From an uncultured Candidatus Saccharibacteria bacterium (GTDB lineage Bacteria > Patescibacteriota > Minisyncoccia > Phycocordibacterales > CAIZLB01), in the NCBI GenBank assembly GCA_964467385.1, contig CAYXQC010000001.1, positions 7,896 through 71,895 of the forward strand: a DNA stretch of 64,000 nucleotides. Reading direction: 5' to 3'. Below the pieces are notes generated by a model. That model was not told the origin of the DNA and did no database searches. It saw only the letters and a program-made list of their open reading frames with translations. Each line of letters starts with the position of its first letter. The stretch's first letter is position 1. The translations under genes were made by a program, and so were the position numbers. This document shows positions 1 to 10,626 of this stretch, one piece after another.

Positions 1-2
1 AA

Positions 3-92
3 GCAGAAATCCCGCCAGTGAAAGAAATTTCAAAAGACAAAGAAAAGAAAGAAGTGGAGAAAGATGTACTCCAGGATTTGTTTAACGAGTAA
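3..92 (+). CDS. 3' end of a partial CDS (frame 3), K/E-rich C-terminus ...KDKEKKEVEKDVLQDLFNE, TAA stop at 90-92
   Basis: Open frame from the window edge to TAA; identity unknown. Confidence 0.25.
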   Translation, partial: AEIPPVKEISKDKEKKEVEKDVLQDLFNE

Positions 93-109
93 AAAGCGGT
101 CTTTATTTG

Positions 110-940
110 TTAAGCGCCAATCAACGCTTTCCGTATAATTCGCACGTATCCTATCAGGAGAGCTTTGTGATAATTTGGATATGCGTGACGATATCTCTTC
201 ACAAGCATAAGCACGGTTTTTGCCAACGCTGTGCTATGTTTTCCATTTGATCCAGATGCACTGTTTTTGCGTAGTGTATATGATGTTTCTGTATTTGGAA
301 TATTTGCAATACCTGCAACCTGACCAATTCTAAGCCAAAGATCATAATCCTCTGCGAGTCTAAGATCTGAAAGTCCGCCTACAGAGTCATAGACACTTTT
401 CCTAAATACAACAGACGAGTTTATAACAGGACAGCGCATAAGCATTCGCGCGTGGTTTTCCTCAGGATTTTGTAACGCGCTGTACCAAAACATATGCTTT
501 CCGTCTTCATTTACGAATTCAGTCTTTTCTGCGCCAACCACGGCAATACTAGGATGAGCCTCAAGAAATTCAATTTGATTTTTAAGTTTATCTGGATTCA
601 GCCACCAGTCATCATCATCGAGAATTGCGATGTAGTGATTTTGAGCTGAAGCAATGGCGATTCGTCGTGCAGCCCCAGGTCCAACGCTTTCCTTATTTTC
701 CAAAATCTTAATAAGGCCAGATGTAGATTCACTGGCAAAAGTTTGTCTGATATAGTCTGCAACCCCGTCAGTTGAGCCATCGGAGATCACAATAATCTCA
801 GCGCCATTTAGAATTGGTGCACTTGTAGTGGTATCTGTACCTACGGTCTGATTCTTAAAAATAGACTGCCCAAGCACAGAATCAATGGCTTTTTTGATGG
901 TCTTTGAACCATTTTTTGTGGCGATTATAACACTGATCAT
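110..940 (-). CDS. Glycosyltransferase family 2
   Basis: N-terminal IIATKNGSKTI...IIVISDGSTDG and DDDDWW (DxD) motif, the typical GT-A/GT2 signature. TAA stop. Confidence 0.8.
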   Translation of the reverse strand: MISVIIATKNGSKTIKKAIDSVLGQSIFKNQTVGTDTTTSAPILNGAEIIVISDGSTDGVADYIRQTFASESTSGLIKILENKESVGPGAARRIAIASAQNHYIAILDDDDWWLNPDKLKNQIEFLEAHPSIAVVGAEKTEFVNEDGKHMFWYSALQNPEENHARMLMRCPVINSSVVFRKSVYDSVGGLSDLRLAEDYDLWLRIGQVAGIANIPNTETSYTLRKNSASGSNGKHSTALAKTVLMLVKRYRHAYPNYHKALLIGYVRIIRKALIGA

Positions 941-963
941 GGTGGGCCTATTTTACACAGTTT

Positions 964-1923
964 TTACACTGTAATCCAATCTGGTGGTAGGACATCAGGA
1001 GTCTTCTCGTTTGGGTTATTAACCCATTGTTTTGGTCCGATTACTATCTTTTTCTGACCGAGTTTTTCAGCGGTACCTGAAAGCCATGCTGCCCACCAGC
1101 TGTATGTACTGTTTGCGATTATAAAATGGTGGCAAAGCGACATAAGGTGTAATTCTTCATAATTCAAAAGAGAGGCTTCGTTAGACAAAATCGTGAACTG
1201 TTCACCTTCTACGGTCACATTTTCTTCGGTGTACGTTTTTTTGATGAGCGGAATAATCTCAGCCTGCAAAAACTCTGTATCATCAGATGAAAGTACGAAA
1301 TGTGTTGAAGCTCCGATCGCAGATTCCTTTGATAATCTTTTGAGTGCATCTTCATAATAGGAAAGGTCTTTTACTCCGTGATATGCATTTGCGTGAATAT
1401 TTGAAATATAATCACCTCGACGTACATGGAGAAGTACAAGAGTTTTTCCAGAAGAAGAAAGGTCTTGGAGTCTTTTCTCGACAGTTGATCCGTATTCGCC
1501 AAGAGGGGATTTTAGTCGAAATTCCTTTTTGATAATATCTGAATATTCTTCAAAATACTTCGGGACGTTCCAGTATCCTTCAATAATATCAATTTGATTG
1601 TCTGGAGAAAAAATCGGCTGAGCCAATCTAGGGTAGTATGTGTATGCATTTTCTTTGAAGAAAAATTGACGCAATTTTAAGACTATCTTGATGAAAATTT
1701 CATGTAGTTTGTGATAGTTGTATCCATCAGATTTTTCAGATATCGGTGTACTTATGGCGTATTTGTCCAACAGAAAAACCCGGAGTGTATCCTTTGGGTC
1801 GATATTTTTGTACCAACTTGGATCAATCATGAGTGAAGAATTGCTCCGGATTGCCAAAGCCTTTGCGTATGCATATTGGAAGAGTTGATTGCCGAGGCCA
1901 GCTTTTATTCTGAGGATTATCAT
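964..1923 (-). CDS. GT11-like alpha-1,2-fucosyltransferase
   Basis: Motif IKAGLGNQLFQYAYAKAL matches the GT11 G-GLGNQmFQYA signature. The track ORF extends to 2007; an internal Met start at 1923 avoids overlap with the upstream gene. TAA stop. Confidence 0.65.
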   Translation of the reverse strand: MIILRIKAGLGNQLFQYAYAKALAIRSNSSLMIDPSWYKNIDPKDTLRVFLLDKYAISTPISEKSDGYNYHKLHEIFIKIVLKLRQFFFKENAYTYYPRLAQPIFSPDNQIDIIEGYWNVPKYFEEYSDIIKKEFRLKSPLGEYGSTVEKRLQDLSSSGKTLVLLHVRRGDYISNIHANAYHGVKDLSYYEDALKRLSKESAIGASTHFVLSSDDTEFLQAEIIPLIKKTYTEENVTVEGEQFTILSNEASLLNYEELHLMSLCHHFIIANSTYSWWAAWLSGTAEKLGQKKIVIGPKQWVNNPNEKTPDVLPPDWITV

Positions 1924-1976
1924 AGTGAAAATTGTGGAAAAGTTGTGTAAAAAATTAGAATTTCTTAGGATTAATT

Positions 1977-2726
1977 TTACTTTTTCTTGAACCAGAAACA
2001 TCCGCATGCATAGTGAGCCGTTTTTACTCTATCTGGATTTGCACCTCGTTCGAGTCCTCCTTCTGATTCAAATTCTGGGATAAATGCGAATTCATTCAAT
2101 GTAAAATCAGCTCCCAGTACATACGATACGATTTGCTCATATGAATATATGCGGTGTGCATTGTATTCGATTTTCGGTTGGCCAACTGGCACAACAATAA
2201 GAAGTGAGCCACCTGATTTAACTACGCGTTTTAATTCAGCAATGGCTTTGAGGTCACCGTTTGGATCAATAGGGTCTCCATATCGACCGAGTCCTACGTG
2301 TTCCAGTGTATGCATGCAAGAAAGTGACTCGACAGAATTGTCAGCAAATGGAAGTGCATGAAGGTTACCTTCTCGACTAACTAGATTTGTAAGGCGAAGA
2401 TCAGCAGGACGATAATCATAAAATTCTACCGGGACGAAAGCAGAGAGGATACCTGAAAAATAAAGACTTGAGGAGATGTCTATATGGGTACTCGGTTTGA
2501 TTTCCTGAACCACACGTGCTGCCCAAGAAGTGTGATACACATAGTGCCGATCAAAGCCCGTTGTGATTGTTTTGTCTTTTACACATGGATAAAAATCATG
2601 AACAGAAAGAGGGAAACGATGTTCTACATCGTGGTGTTTAAAAACAAAGTAATCTTTCAGTATAAAAGGCGAAAGGAGAACGTTTCGTGATTTCTTGAGA
2701 ATTTTTTTAAGAGAATTTAAGTTCAT
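1977..2726 (-). CDS. Class I SAM-dependent methyltransferase-like protein (DUF268-like)
   Basis: Motif LEHVGLGRYGDPIDPNGDLKAIAELKRVVKSGGSLLI resembles methyltransferase motifs. Its start overlaps the upstream gene's TGA stop as ATGA. Confidence 0.5.
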   Translation of the reverse strand: MNLNSLKKILKKSRNVLLSPFILKDYFVFKHHDVEHRFPLSVHDFYPCVKDKTITTGFDRHYVYHTSWAARVVQEIKPSTHIDISSSLYFSGILSAFVPVEFYDYRPADLRLTNLVSREGNLHALPFADNSVESLSCMHTLEHVGLGRYGDPIDPNGDLKAIAELKRVVKSGGSLLIVVPVGQPKIEYNAHRIYSYEQIVSYVLGADFTLNEFAFIPEFESEGGLERGANPDRVKTAHYACGCFWFKKK

Positions 2727-3799
2727 TTGATGATGTTCATGTAGATATCAACTGATGCCTTATCAGATAGCTCTCGTATACAGTAATCTCTAGGAGTGAA
2801 AGTGTCAATTTCAACTTTTGCCATAAAATTTGCAAAATCTGATCTGAAGTTTTGCTCAAATTTCTCTAAATTTTTTATAAAATTCGGATCTTCTGTGTTT
2901 TGTGCAACATGAGTGTTAGAGCTTGAACAAGGATGATCGAACAATGTGCCAGCTTCAGGTGTGAGATATGGTGCAGAAATATTTCCATCAACCACAATTC
3001 CTTCTGTACTGTATGAGCGAGTGTTTCCGATAAATGTAGGTATGTCTCGTGCCCAGGCTTCTTGAAGCGCCAAGCCTTGGCTTTCTGATACTTGCAAATA
3101 CACAAGTGCACGAGTTGATTTCAAAATTCCAAAATATTCATGCTGTTTGAATTTTCCATACTCAAGTACGTTGAGTTCATAAGGAAGATTATTCAGAGAA
3201 TTTTGCGAAAGATTTTGCTCGGTAATGTATTTCTCAATGTCTTTGATAATTGTCTGGGCGAGTACTGGGTTGAATTGCTTTTTGTAAACTAAAATCGTGT
3301 GTCTTTTGTCTCTGGAAACTATTTCTGATTCATCGGGTATCTGAACACCTGACGGCCACACACGAATTTTTGATGCAAGAGCTGGACACATTTTTATGTA
3401 TAAATCTTTAACCCATTCCGACGGCGCAAGAATAATATCGATTTGTTCGTCAGTGAGCAGGCTTTCATGATCAGTCGGCAGGACAGCGATGTTTGGGCCA
3501 GCGACGATGCGCTTAATCAGACCTTTTGATTTTAAATTGAGTGCCCATTTGAGAGCCTCTTTGTTTGAGATGACATGTACGGTTTCAGCTAGATTTTCTC
3601 GTCTTGGATTGATATTAAATATAATACCTTCTTTGCGAAGACCTCTAACAAGGCTTTGGAGTACCGCGCTCGGTCCTCGCTTGATGCGAAGCAATTTGCG
3701 CGCTGTGCTTTTGAAGTAATAAGACAGGAAACCCTTAAAAAACAGTGTACTCGGACGAAGTATGATACTTACTGATGCTGATTTTGTATTCGAGTTCAT
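2723..3799 (-). CDS. GT-B glycosyltransferase (GT4-like)
   Basis: C-terminal ESQGLALQEAWA resembles the EX7E motif of GT4. This is the only gene in the window ending in TGA; the 4-nt ATGA overlap with the downstream start supports a real stop. Confidence 0.6.
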   Translation of the reverse strand: MNSNTKSASVSIILRPSTLFFKGFLSYYFKSTARKLLRIKRGPSAVLQSLVRGLRKEGIIFNINPRRENLAETVHVISNKEALKWALNLKSKGLIKRIVAGPNIAVLPTDHESLLTDEQIDIILAPSEWVKDLYIKMCPALASKIRVWPSGVQIPDESEIVSRDKRHTILVYKKQFNPVLAQTIIKDIEKYITEQNLSQNSLNNLPYELNVLEYGKFKQHEYFGILKSTRALVYLQVSESQGLALQEAWARDIPTFIGNTRSYSTEGIVVDGNISAPYLTPEAGTLFDHPCSSSNTHVAQNTEDPNFIKNLEKFEQNFRSDFANFMAKVEIDTFTPRDYCIRELSDKASVDIYMNIIK

Positions 3800-3813
3800 G
3801 TTCTGTGCATTTT

Positions 3814-6282
3814 CTATGCCGCGCTTTCAACTACATCCTCAATTATACGCTCGATTTTGCCAATATTGTTTTCCATGATAAAAAGCTTTTCACCAACATC
3901 TTGTGCTTTCAACTTCATTTTTAAAAAAGTTTCTTTAGCTACTTTGTCACCGCTTTTTAGTTCAACAAGTTTTTTCATAGCCTGTGCATATGCATCAACA
4001 TCATCTTTTTCAACAATGAAGCTAAATTCTGGTTCCAAATACTCAAGATGCGCATTCCAAATGTGTGATTTGTGAGTGATGATTGGATTACCCGCAAGCA
4101 TGGATTCTGCGATATTGAGACCGAATGATTCCCCGTCGAGGCGGAAATGGGCGAGTGCATCGAGGCTATAGTGAAAAGCCCAGACATCTTCTTCCTTAGC
4201 GCTCGCATCGATGAAGTGTACGTTTTGAATTTGTGAATCAGCCGCAAGTTTTTTAGCGGCTGGCGCAGGGGACATGATGATATAGTGCGTATATGCAGCA
4301 ATATCAGGATTCAAACCCGAAAATTTCTTGAATGCATTTAGTGCAATCGGATCGAAGATCGAATCATCTGCTCGACCAATTCTTCCAAAAACAAAATCGT
4401 CTGGAGAAATACCCAGTTTTTCACGGAGACGAAAAGCTTTATCAACAAATTTAATATCTGGCTTTTCGGATTGTATGTACATTATTTCTCGTTTGTCTTT
4501 TGGTATGATATTTCTGATTTTTGCATCAACTGCTTGAGAGATAGAAATAATTTTTTTGATGTTTGATGCTGCTGTTGGTGAACCAAAAATATTAATAAGT
4601 ATCACCGGTATATTGGTGAGTAAATTGAATGGGTATTCGGCATAGCCAGACCCTGCCGTAAACACAAGATCGATGTCGTTGTCTTTGATTATTTTAAAAA
4701 TATTAGGTGATGGATTTTTAAGGATATAAGGATATGTGCAAAATATTTCTTCATATGAAAATTCAATCAGATTAATATGAGAATATTCTGAAATATATGA
4801 CCTTCGTCCATCGAGTGTCATGTTGCCGGAAGAAGTACGTGGCTTTGCTGAATACATTATATACACATTGAACTTGTCTGGATTTAGATATTTTGCAATG
4901 ATCTGTAGAAACTTTTCAGTACCACCAAAACTCAAGGCTGATACGTGGTAAAAGAGAATGTTAATCTTTTTATTCGAAGTATTAGAAGCTTCGCCTGAAT
5001 TTTTGAAATCTCGAAGCTTATGCATATCTTGATATTCAATAGGCTCATGCTGATTTTTGTAGACCAAAGCTTTTTTTACTCCTCGATTCTCGTATACTCG
5101 TACAGGCCATGCAGAGAGAGGGTAAGGAAGATGGGCTATGATTTTTTTGGAAATTTTCCGAGCCGCTGATTTTGCAGTTTTAGTAGCATTAAATATGTCT
5201 TTGGAATTTTTTGAGAATTTCTTCATGTTTTCAAAAATAGTGGAAAAAGAAAAATCAGGGCTAAATATTTTATGATGTACGAAACTTCCCACCGAATGCC
5301 GTACTGAATTAAGACGGATAAGCCAGTCGGGGAATATTTCGATCCGAGGATTTCTGCCGGTTCGATTAATAAACAAGGCGTGCAATTCTTCGATATGCCA
5401 AATATTTAATTTCTCAAAATATTCGATACTGTATATGTCAAACCATTTGATTAAATCTTTGTATTGAGATGTTTCAGTCATATCAAATCCTTTAAGGTTT
5501 TTTGTTATTCGCTCGAGTGCAATTTTTTCCGCATCAGAAAGATATGAAATTTCTCGCACTCGAACAGAAGGTGAGTCGATAGAAACAGAATATGTTGCAT
5601 TGATCCTTCGAGCATTTCTCTGTTTTTGTAAAAACTCATGACACATGTACCACGCTTGTTTGATCTCTGATTTTTTCCAGTTTACGAATTGAAAATGGAG
5701 AACAGGGGTATGGGCATGTATGTCAGTATTTATTGCACCTATGTGTGTATATACAGAATTTGCGGCACTATGGGTCGGAGGTATATGAGGTGTCCGACTT
5801 TCTGAAAGTTCTGCGGCACCAAAAGTGCTTATACCATCATCACAAAACACAAAATCTTTGCGCAGATTTTTCCAAACAGAATCTACTCGTGACACGGTCG
5901 GCTTTTTCCAAAGCGTAATCCATGGTAGCCACAGTCTTTGACCAGGAGTAAGTTCAGTAATTGTATTTCGTAGTTTTGAGGCATAATTTTCAGGAATTAT
6001 TTCATCCGCATCAAGCCAGAGTTGATGAGTTGCGCCGATTTTACGTGCCTGATCCAATAAAACATTTCGGCGAAGCGACATGTCTACTCGCGTTTCGTTT
6101 TTTATAAAATCACTTGCAGATAGGAGGGTGACTCGAGGGTCTTGTGCGAGAATTTCTCGAGTGTCATCTGTTGAATTGTCGTCAAGTGCAATAATATGGT
6201 CGGCCACCCGTAGGACAGAATCAAGGTGGGCTTTAAGGATCCAGGCTTCATTTTTGACTGGCAGGAGGGCTACGATTTTCAT
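3814..6282 (-). CDS. Two-domain glycosyltransferase: N-terminal GT2 (GT-A) plus C-terminal GT4-like (GT-B)
   Basis: N-terminus KIVALLPVKNEAWIL...ALDDNSTDDT (GT2). C-terminus GESFGLNIAESMLAGNPII (GT4 EX7E-like). 822 aa, TAG stop. Confidence 0.7.
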   Translation of the reverse strand: MKIVALLPVKNEAWILKAHLDSVLRVADHIIALDDNSTDDTREILAQDPRVTLLSASDFIKNETRVDMSLRRNVLLDQARKIGATHQLWLDADEIIPENYASKLRNTITELTPGQRLWLPWITLWKKPTVSRVDSVWKNLRKDFVFCDDGISTFGAAELSESRTPHIPPTHSAANSVYTHIGAINTDIHAHTPVLHFQFVNWKKSEIKQAWYMCHEFLQKQRNARRINATYSVSIDSPSVRVREISYLSDAEKIALERITKNLKGFDMTETSQYKDLIKWFDIYSIEYFEKLNIWHIEELHALFINRTGRNPRIEIFPDWLIRLNSVRHSVGSFVHHKIFSPDFSFSTIFENMKKFSKNSKDIFNATKTAKSAARKISKKIIAHLPYPLSAWPVRVYENRGVKKALVYKNQHEPIEYQDMHKLRDFKNSGEASNTSNKKINILFYHVSALSFGGTEKFLQIIAKYLNPDKFNVYIMYSAKPRTSSGNMTLDGRRSYISEYSHINLIEFSYEEIFCTYPYILKNPSPNIFKIIKDNDIDLVFTAGSGYAEYPFNLLTNIPVILINIFGSPTAASNIKKIISISQAVDAKIRNIIPKDKREIMYIQSEKPDIKFVDKAFRLREKLGISPDDFVFGRIGRADDSIFDPIALNAFKKFSGLNPDIAAYTHYIIMSPAPAAKKLAADSQIQNVHFIDASAKEEDVWAFHYSLDALAHFRLDGESFGLNIAESMLAGNPIITHKSHIWNAHLEYLEPEFSFIVEKDDVDAYAQAMKKLVELKSGDKVAKETFLKMKLKAQDVGEKLFIMENNIGKIERIIEDVVESAA

Positions 6283-7068
6283 TTACACCTTATATATATC
6301 ATAAATTCGCTGGTTTTCATCTACCTGTCGGGTACTCTTGCTACCACTAAGGCTTGTGCCAAAGTTAGTAAAAATGCCTGCCGATTCCTTGATTTGAAAC
6401 ATTGGAATGCCAAGAGAAGCCGCACGAGACTGCCATTCGAAGTCGCCAGCAATTCGAAACGTCGTATCGAATGGTCCAATTTTTGTGAATGCCTCTTTGG
6501 TGAAGAAAAAGAAAGGGCCCATATGCATTTCATGCGTAAATCTTTTTACATCAAAAGGTGGTGGTGTGATCTTCCGAACTAAAAGTGGAATTTTAAATCC
6601 GAGAAATGTAACACCTCGCACATACGTGAAGCCTGGGTATATGACATATATATTGTCAGCAGGGAGTTTTGTGGAATCTTTGAATTTTTTAAATAGCTTG
6701 ATAATGAATCGAGGTGAGCGCATATCGTCAACGTTCCATGAGCACATTATATCGCCAGTTGCAGCATTAAAGCCATTATTCCAAGTTGTATATAAAGTTT
6801 CTCTTTCTCTTGGAATGATTTTGAAGATTGTATTCACTGATGCAACAGAATCTTCATTCATTTCTGTAAGTTTGTTCAATAATGCATATTCAGTATCGCT
6901 CGGGTCATTCGGCAGGATAACAAATTCGTGCTCTATTTTTGCATCACTTAAAACTCGATGCATTTTTTTCACATGTTTAATGTATTTTGGTAAGAACTCT
7001 TCTGACTTATAAAGTGATGTAATAAAAGATATTTTTTTCATATTTATTTTCCTGTTTATATTTATCAA
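6283..7068 (-). CDS. GT2-like glycosyltransferase
   Basis: N-terminal KKISFITSLYKSEEFLPKYIKHV and WNVDDM (DxD). Weakly supported. Confidence 0.45.
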   Translation of the reverse strand: MININRKINMKKISFITSLYKSEEFLPKYIKHVKKMHRVLSDAKIEHEFVILPNDPSDTEYALLNKLTEMNEDSVASVNTIFKIIPRERETLYTTWNNGFNAATGDIMCSWNVDDMRSPRFIIKLFKKFKDSTKLPADNIYVIYPGFTYVRGVTFLGFKIPLLVRKITPPPFDVKRFTHEMHMGPFFFFTKEAFTKIGPFDTTFRIAGDFEWQSRAASLGIPMFQIKESAGIFTNFGTSLSGSKSTRQVDENQRIYDIYKV

Positions 7069-7083
7069 ATCTATATAGCAAAT

Positions 7084-8370
7084 TTATATAAATCTTTTTA
7101 ATTCAGCAATCACCATATCTGGAGTGATGTTATCGACGCAAGGAGCGAGCACCTTGCCTGAGTTTATAAACTCAGGCATCTCTGTGCATTTCCAGTGAAA
7201 ACAGGTTGGGCCCCGATGAAAGACGGCACGATTTAGATCCAGATCGCTATATGGATAAAATGCTGGATAAGCCCCACAACCGATGATGCATACTGATGGT
7301 GTATGAACAGCTGCACCAATATGAATTATACCTGTATCGTTTGAAACAAGTGCTTTTGCGTCTTTTATAATGTGCGCGATTTCTATCGGAGTTGTAAGGC
7401 CTGCAATCGAGATTGCTTTCGCACCATTTGCATTCGTGTTGCTTATTTCTGAATCACCACAGATCAGGTCGACAATTTTATTGGCCGTGTCTTTCTCATT
7501 CGGCCCGCCGCTTATAAGCACGCTGTAGCCTTGCTGAATGGTAAATCTACCTACTTCGGCGAATCTTTCTCTTGGCCACCTTTTGTACTCACGTCCGGCA
7601 CCTGGATTAATCACTATATATTGTGTTGGACTTTGCGTCAGTGCCAGTTCGGAGAGAGCTTGATTCAAGGATGGATTCAAACCTGGAAAATGCAGAAGTG
7701 GGAAATATGGTTCAATGCGTTTTGAGTGACCATTCGTAATACCATCGATCAAGCGAAAGTTTTTCTCATATTCATTGATGCTATCTGTGTATTCAATATT
7801 TTCACGATTTCTTGTTTTGTCACCTAGAACGATCGCTTTAGTGAAAGTCTCTGGCTCAAGATCTCTTTCGCCCCAATCAACTTCATTTCCAGCAAAGCCA
7901 AATCGTTCTGATGCGCCAGTTGCTTGGATCAAGAAATTCCCAAGATTTCTTCGATAGTATGCAGCATAAATTGCAGTGCTGTAATTATTTTTGCGAAGTT
8001 TAAATGCTGTGAAAAAACGATATAGCATATTGTGTGTGAATTTTCGAGAATCAAGGAGGGTGTAGGATCTGATTATGTTTTCTTTTATTAAATAATCAGC
8101 GATCAATGCGTTTTGTTTATGATCAATCAGAAGGTCAATATTTTTGCCACCATATATTTCGGCGTAAGCCTTGAGTGAGGGAATAAAAGTCACAAAATCT
8201 CCAAGTACTTCGAGTTTTACGATGAGGATTTTTTTGTCTATGTCTGAAGGATTCGCTGATACTGTTCGAAATCTCGCAAATAATTTTCTGTAAAAAAATA
8301 AAATATCCAACTTCAATAAGATTGACCAATTTACATATCTTCGAAAAAAAGATATTAAGAGCGATTCCAT
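7084..8370 (-). CDS. GT9 family glycosyltransferase (heptosyltransferase-like)
   Basis: KILIVKLEVLGDFVTFIPSLKAY resembles the GT9 ILIIRLSALGDV motif. GT-B C-terminal half present. TAA stop. Confidence 0.65.
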   Translation of the reverse strand: MESLLISFFRRYVNWSILLKLDILFFYRKLFARFRTVSANPSDIDKKILIVKLEVLGDFVTFIPSLKAYAEIYGGKNIDLLIDHKQNALIADYLIKENIIRSYTLLDSRKFTHNMLYRFFTAFKLRKNNYSTAIYAAYYRRNLGNFLIQATGASERFGFAGNEVDWGERDLEPETFTKAIVLGDKTRNRENIEYTDSINEYEKNFRLIDGITNGHSKRIEPYFPLLHFPGLNPSLNQALSELALTQSPTQYIVINPGAGREYKRWPRERFAEVGRFTIQQGYSVLISGGPNEKDTANKIVDLICGDSEISNTNANGAKAISIAGLTTPIEIAHIIKDAKALVSNDTGIIHIGAAVHTPSVCIIGCGAYPAFYPYSDLDLNRAVFHRGPTCFHWKCTEMPEFINSGKVLAPCVDNITPDMVIAELKRFI

Positions 8371-9686
8371 ATGATTTGCTTCAAATGTTTACGAGTAGTG
8401 CTAAAGAAAAGAAGTATGACAAGTGTCGACATGTACGAAACAAATGTTGCGAATGCTGAGCCGTTTATACCGTAGAGTGGAATGAGCACGAGATTAAGAA
8501 GAACATTTAAGATTGCACCAAACAAAGTCATAACAAACATAATCCGCGTAGCACCTTCAGCGATTAGGAATTGACTGATACCGGTTCCAAGAAATACCCC
8601 AACTCCGCCCCATGTATATAATATGAGCGACAATGCACCAGCACTGTAACTTGGTCCGTAAAAGAGTGTGATAATCCACCCTCCGAGAAATGTCGTGCCA
8701 ATTGCGATTGAAACTGAAAGCACTAAAAGCAATATGTAAAGCCATCGAAGGCGTTTCATGTAGAGAGTGAAATTTGCTCGTGCTGATACAAGAGCAGGGA
8801 ACAAGGATGAGACAATTATGCCAGGAATAAAATACCACCCTTCAGCTAGTTTTACTGCAGATGAGTAAATTCCTAAATCTGTATTTCCGAGAAGTCCTTT
8901 AATCATCACTTGGTCAATACGAGCATAAATAACTGATGCAACTGTTGAAAGCATAAGAGGCCAAGAAACCTTGAGAATTTCTTTAAGAATATTTGAATCA
9001 AAATGTATATCTCCTACTCGCTCATTTGATTTGATCCATGAAACGACAAATAAGAGACCTGTGAGCGCAGTTTCAAGTACATACGCCATGATGATATATA
9101 GAATAGGAGAGCCGGCGATGACAAGCGATATTTTAATAATCGATGAAAGCGTACCTCCGAAAAGCTGAGCAAATACTGAACGCTTAGAAATAACTTTTGC
9201 TTGATAATAGAGATCGACAATGTTTAAACATTGAAAAATAAAACTTGTTGAATATACCGCTACAAATAATCGCTCATCAAACGACGAACTTAAAATGCAT
9301 ATAGCAACCGTTGCACTGATTGCACCGATAAGTCCTCCACCAATTTTGATTGCAAGACCTGTTCCTAGAGTTTTTGCGGCGTCAGCTGGTCTTTCCACAA
9401 GATTTCGTACAATAATCGAATCTGAACCAAGTGTCGCTAAAAAACCGAACAGGCTAACGAAACTGATAACGAAGTTGATTTGACCGAATCCTGCCGGCGA
9501 TAGGTGTCGAGCAATAACCACTGAAACTGCAAAGCTTAGGATAATGTTCGCCACTCGGCCAACAAAGAGCCATGACATGTTCGCTGTGTATTTTCGTGCG
9601 CCGCCAACATTGCTTCCTCCAGTTTCATCTTTGCCTGCGAGGTCCTTGAGAAGTGTTTTGAATTTTGTATTTATGGTTTGAAGCAT
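8355..9686 (-). CDS. Polysaccharide biosynthesis protein / Wzx-type flippase (MOP superfamily)
   Basis: About 12 predicted TM helices and a hydrophobic 443-aa composition typical of Wzx. Overlaps the neighbouring genes by 16 nt, consistent with an operon. Confidence 0.65.
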   Translation of the reverse strand: MLQTINTKFKTLLKDLAGKDETGGSNVGGARKYTANMSWLFVGRVANIILSFAVSVVIARHLSPAGFGQINFVISFVSLFGFLATLGSDSIIVRNLVERPADAAKTLGTGLAIKIGGGLIGAISATVAICILSSSFDERLFVAVYSTSFIFQCLNIVDLYYQAKVISKRSVFAQLFGGTLSSIIKISLVIAGSPILYIIMAYVLETALTGLLFVVSWIKSNERVGDIHFDSNILKEILKVSWPLMLSTVASVIYARIDQVMIKGLLGNTDLGIYSSAVKLAEGWYFIPGIIVSSLFPALVSARANFTLYMKRLRWLYILLLVLSVSIAIGTTFLGGWIITLFYGPSYSAGALSLILYTWGGVGVFLGTGISQFLIAEGATRIMFVMTLFGAILNVLLNLVLIPLYGINGSAFATFVSYMSTLVILLFFSTTRKHLKQIIWNRS

Positions 9687-10558
9687 GAATTTCTTTTTAT
9701 ATGAATTTGATTAGCCCAATATGGCATCCAGAGTGCTTCGATACTCTTTGGATTGACCGTGGCTGTTTCTGTATGTAAGGGCTGTTCCATCTCAGACCAA
9801 GTATTCAATATGTATAAAGGTATACCAATCTCCTTGAAATATAAAGTCATCGGGCTTTTTATAACAATCGGTTGAACGCTTAGATATAAAGCCTCCCAAG
9901 TTCTATTGCAGTCCTCGCCTTTACCTCTAGGTGATGCCATAAATGCATAGGTTTTCAGATTTTTGTAATATTCGATCTGGTTTGCAAAATGCTTACATTC
10001 CGCAAATGGATTTTTTTTGATAGATTCTCTCGCCGCTGTTCGTACTTTAGGATTGCTTGCAATAGTGAAATCGTAAAAGATTGCTGAATTTTTTTTCGAA
10101 AGTTCTGAGTTCAATTCATCAAATAGTGCAATCTTTCCGTTTTGTTGAGAGTAAAAATTTGCTAGGCCAATGGGTAGTGGAGTAATTCGCGGATTATCTA
10201 TCTGTACGTTTTCGGCAAACCAGTGTACGCATTTTGAAAAATCGATAAGTGAAATAATCTCTTCGGTTACCTCCATGTCTTCATTGTGTGAAATTAAAAT
10301 AAATTTTGTATCAATTTTGATTTGCGGTTGATACTTTTTGGAGAATTCTTTCAGGTAATTTGTGCGTACGAAGATGATGTCGCCGGTACGGACCAAAAGG
10401 GGATCGAAATCTAAAGATTCGTCGAGGACAAAGTTCGACAAAGATCGAAAGCTGTCGCCTGTGATATAAGGCCAGCTTGTAGGACGATGGAGGTTGAGTT
10501 TTTTGCCTAGGAAACGGCGTATAAAGGTTTTTATGCTGAGAAACATGGTAGGAAACAC
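9671..10558 (-). CDS. Hypothetical protein in glycan locus (possible GT-B-like transferase)
   Basis: No clear motif recognised. Its position inside the GT operon suggests a glycan function. Confidence 0.35.
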   Translation of the reverse strand: MFPTMFLSIKTFIRRFLGKKLNLHRPTSWPYITGDSFRSLSNFVLDESLDFDPLLVRTGDIIFVRTNYLKEFSKKYQPQIKIDTKFILISHNEDMEVTEEIISLIDFSKCVHWFAENVQIDNPRITPLPIGLANFYSQQNGKIALFDELNSELSKKNSAIFYDFTIASNPKVRTAARESIKKNPFAECKHFANQIEYYKNLKTYAFMASPRGKGEDCNRTWEALYLSVQPIVIKSPMTLYFKEIGIPLYILNTWSEMEQPLHTETATVNPKSIEALWMPYWANQIHIKRNSCFKP

Positions 10559-10626
10559 GGCCAGTATATAGACAACTCGCCGACTTGTGTAAATTGTACT
10601 ATACTTTGCCCTATATATTTATCAAT

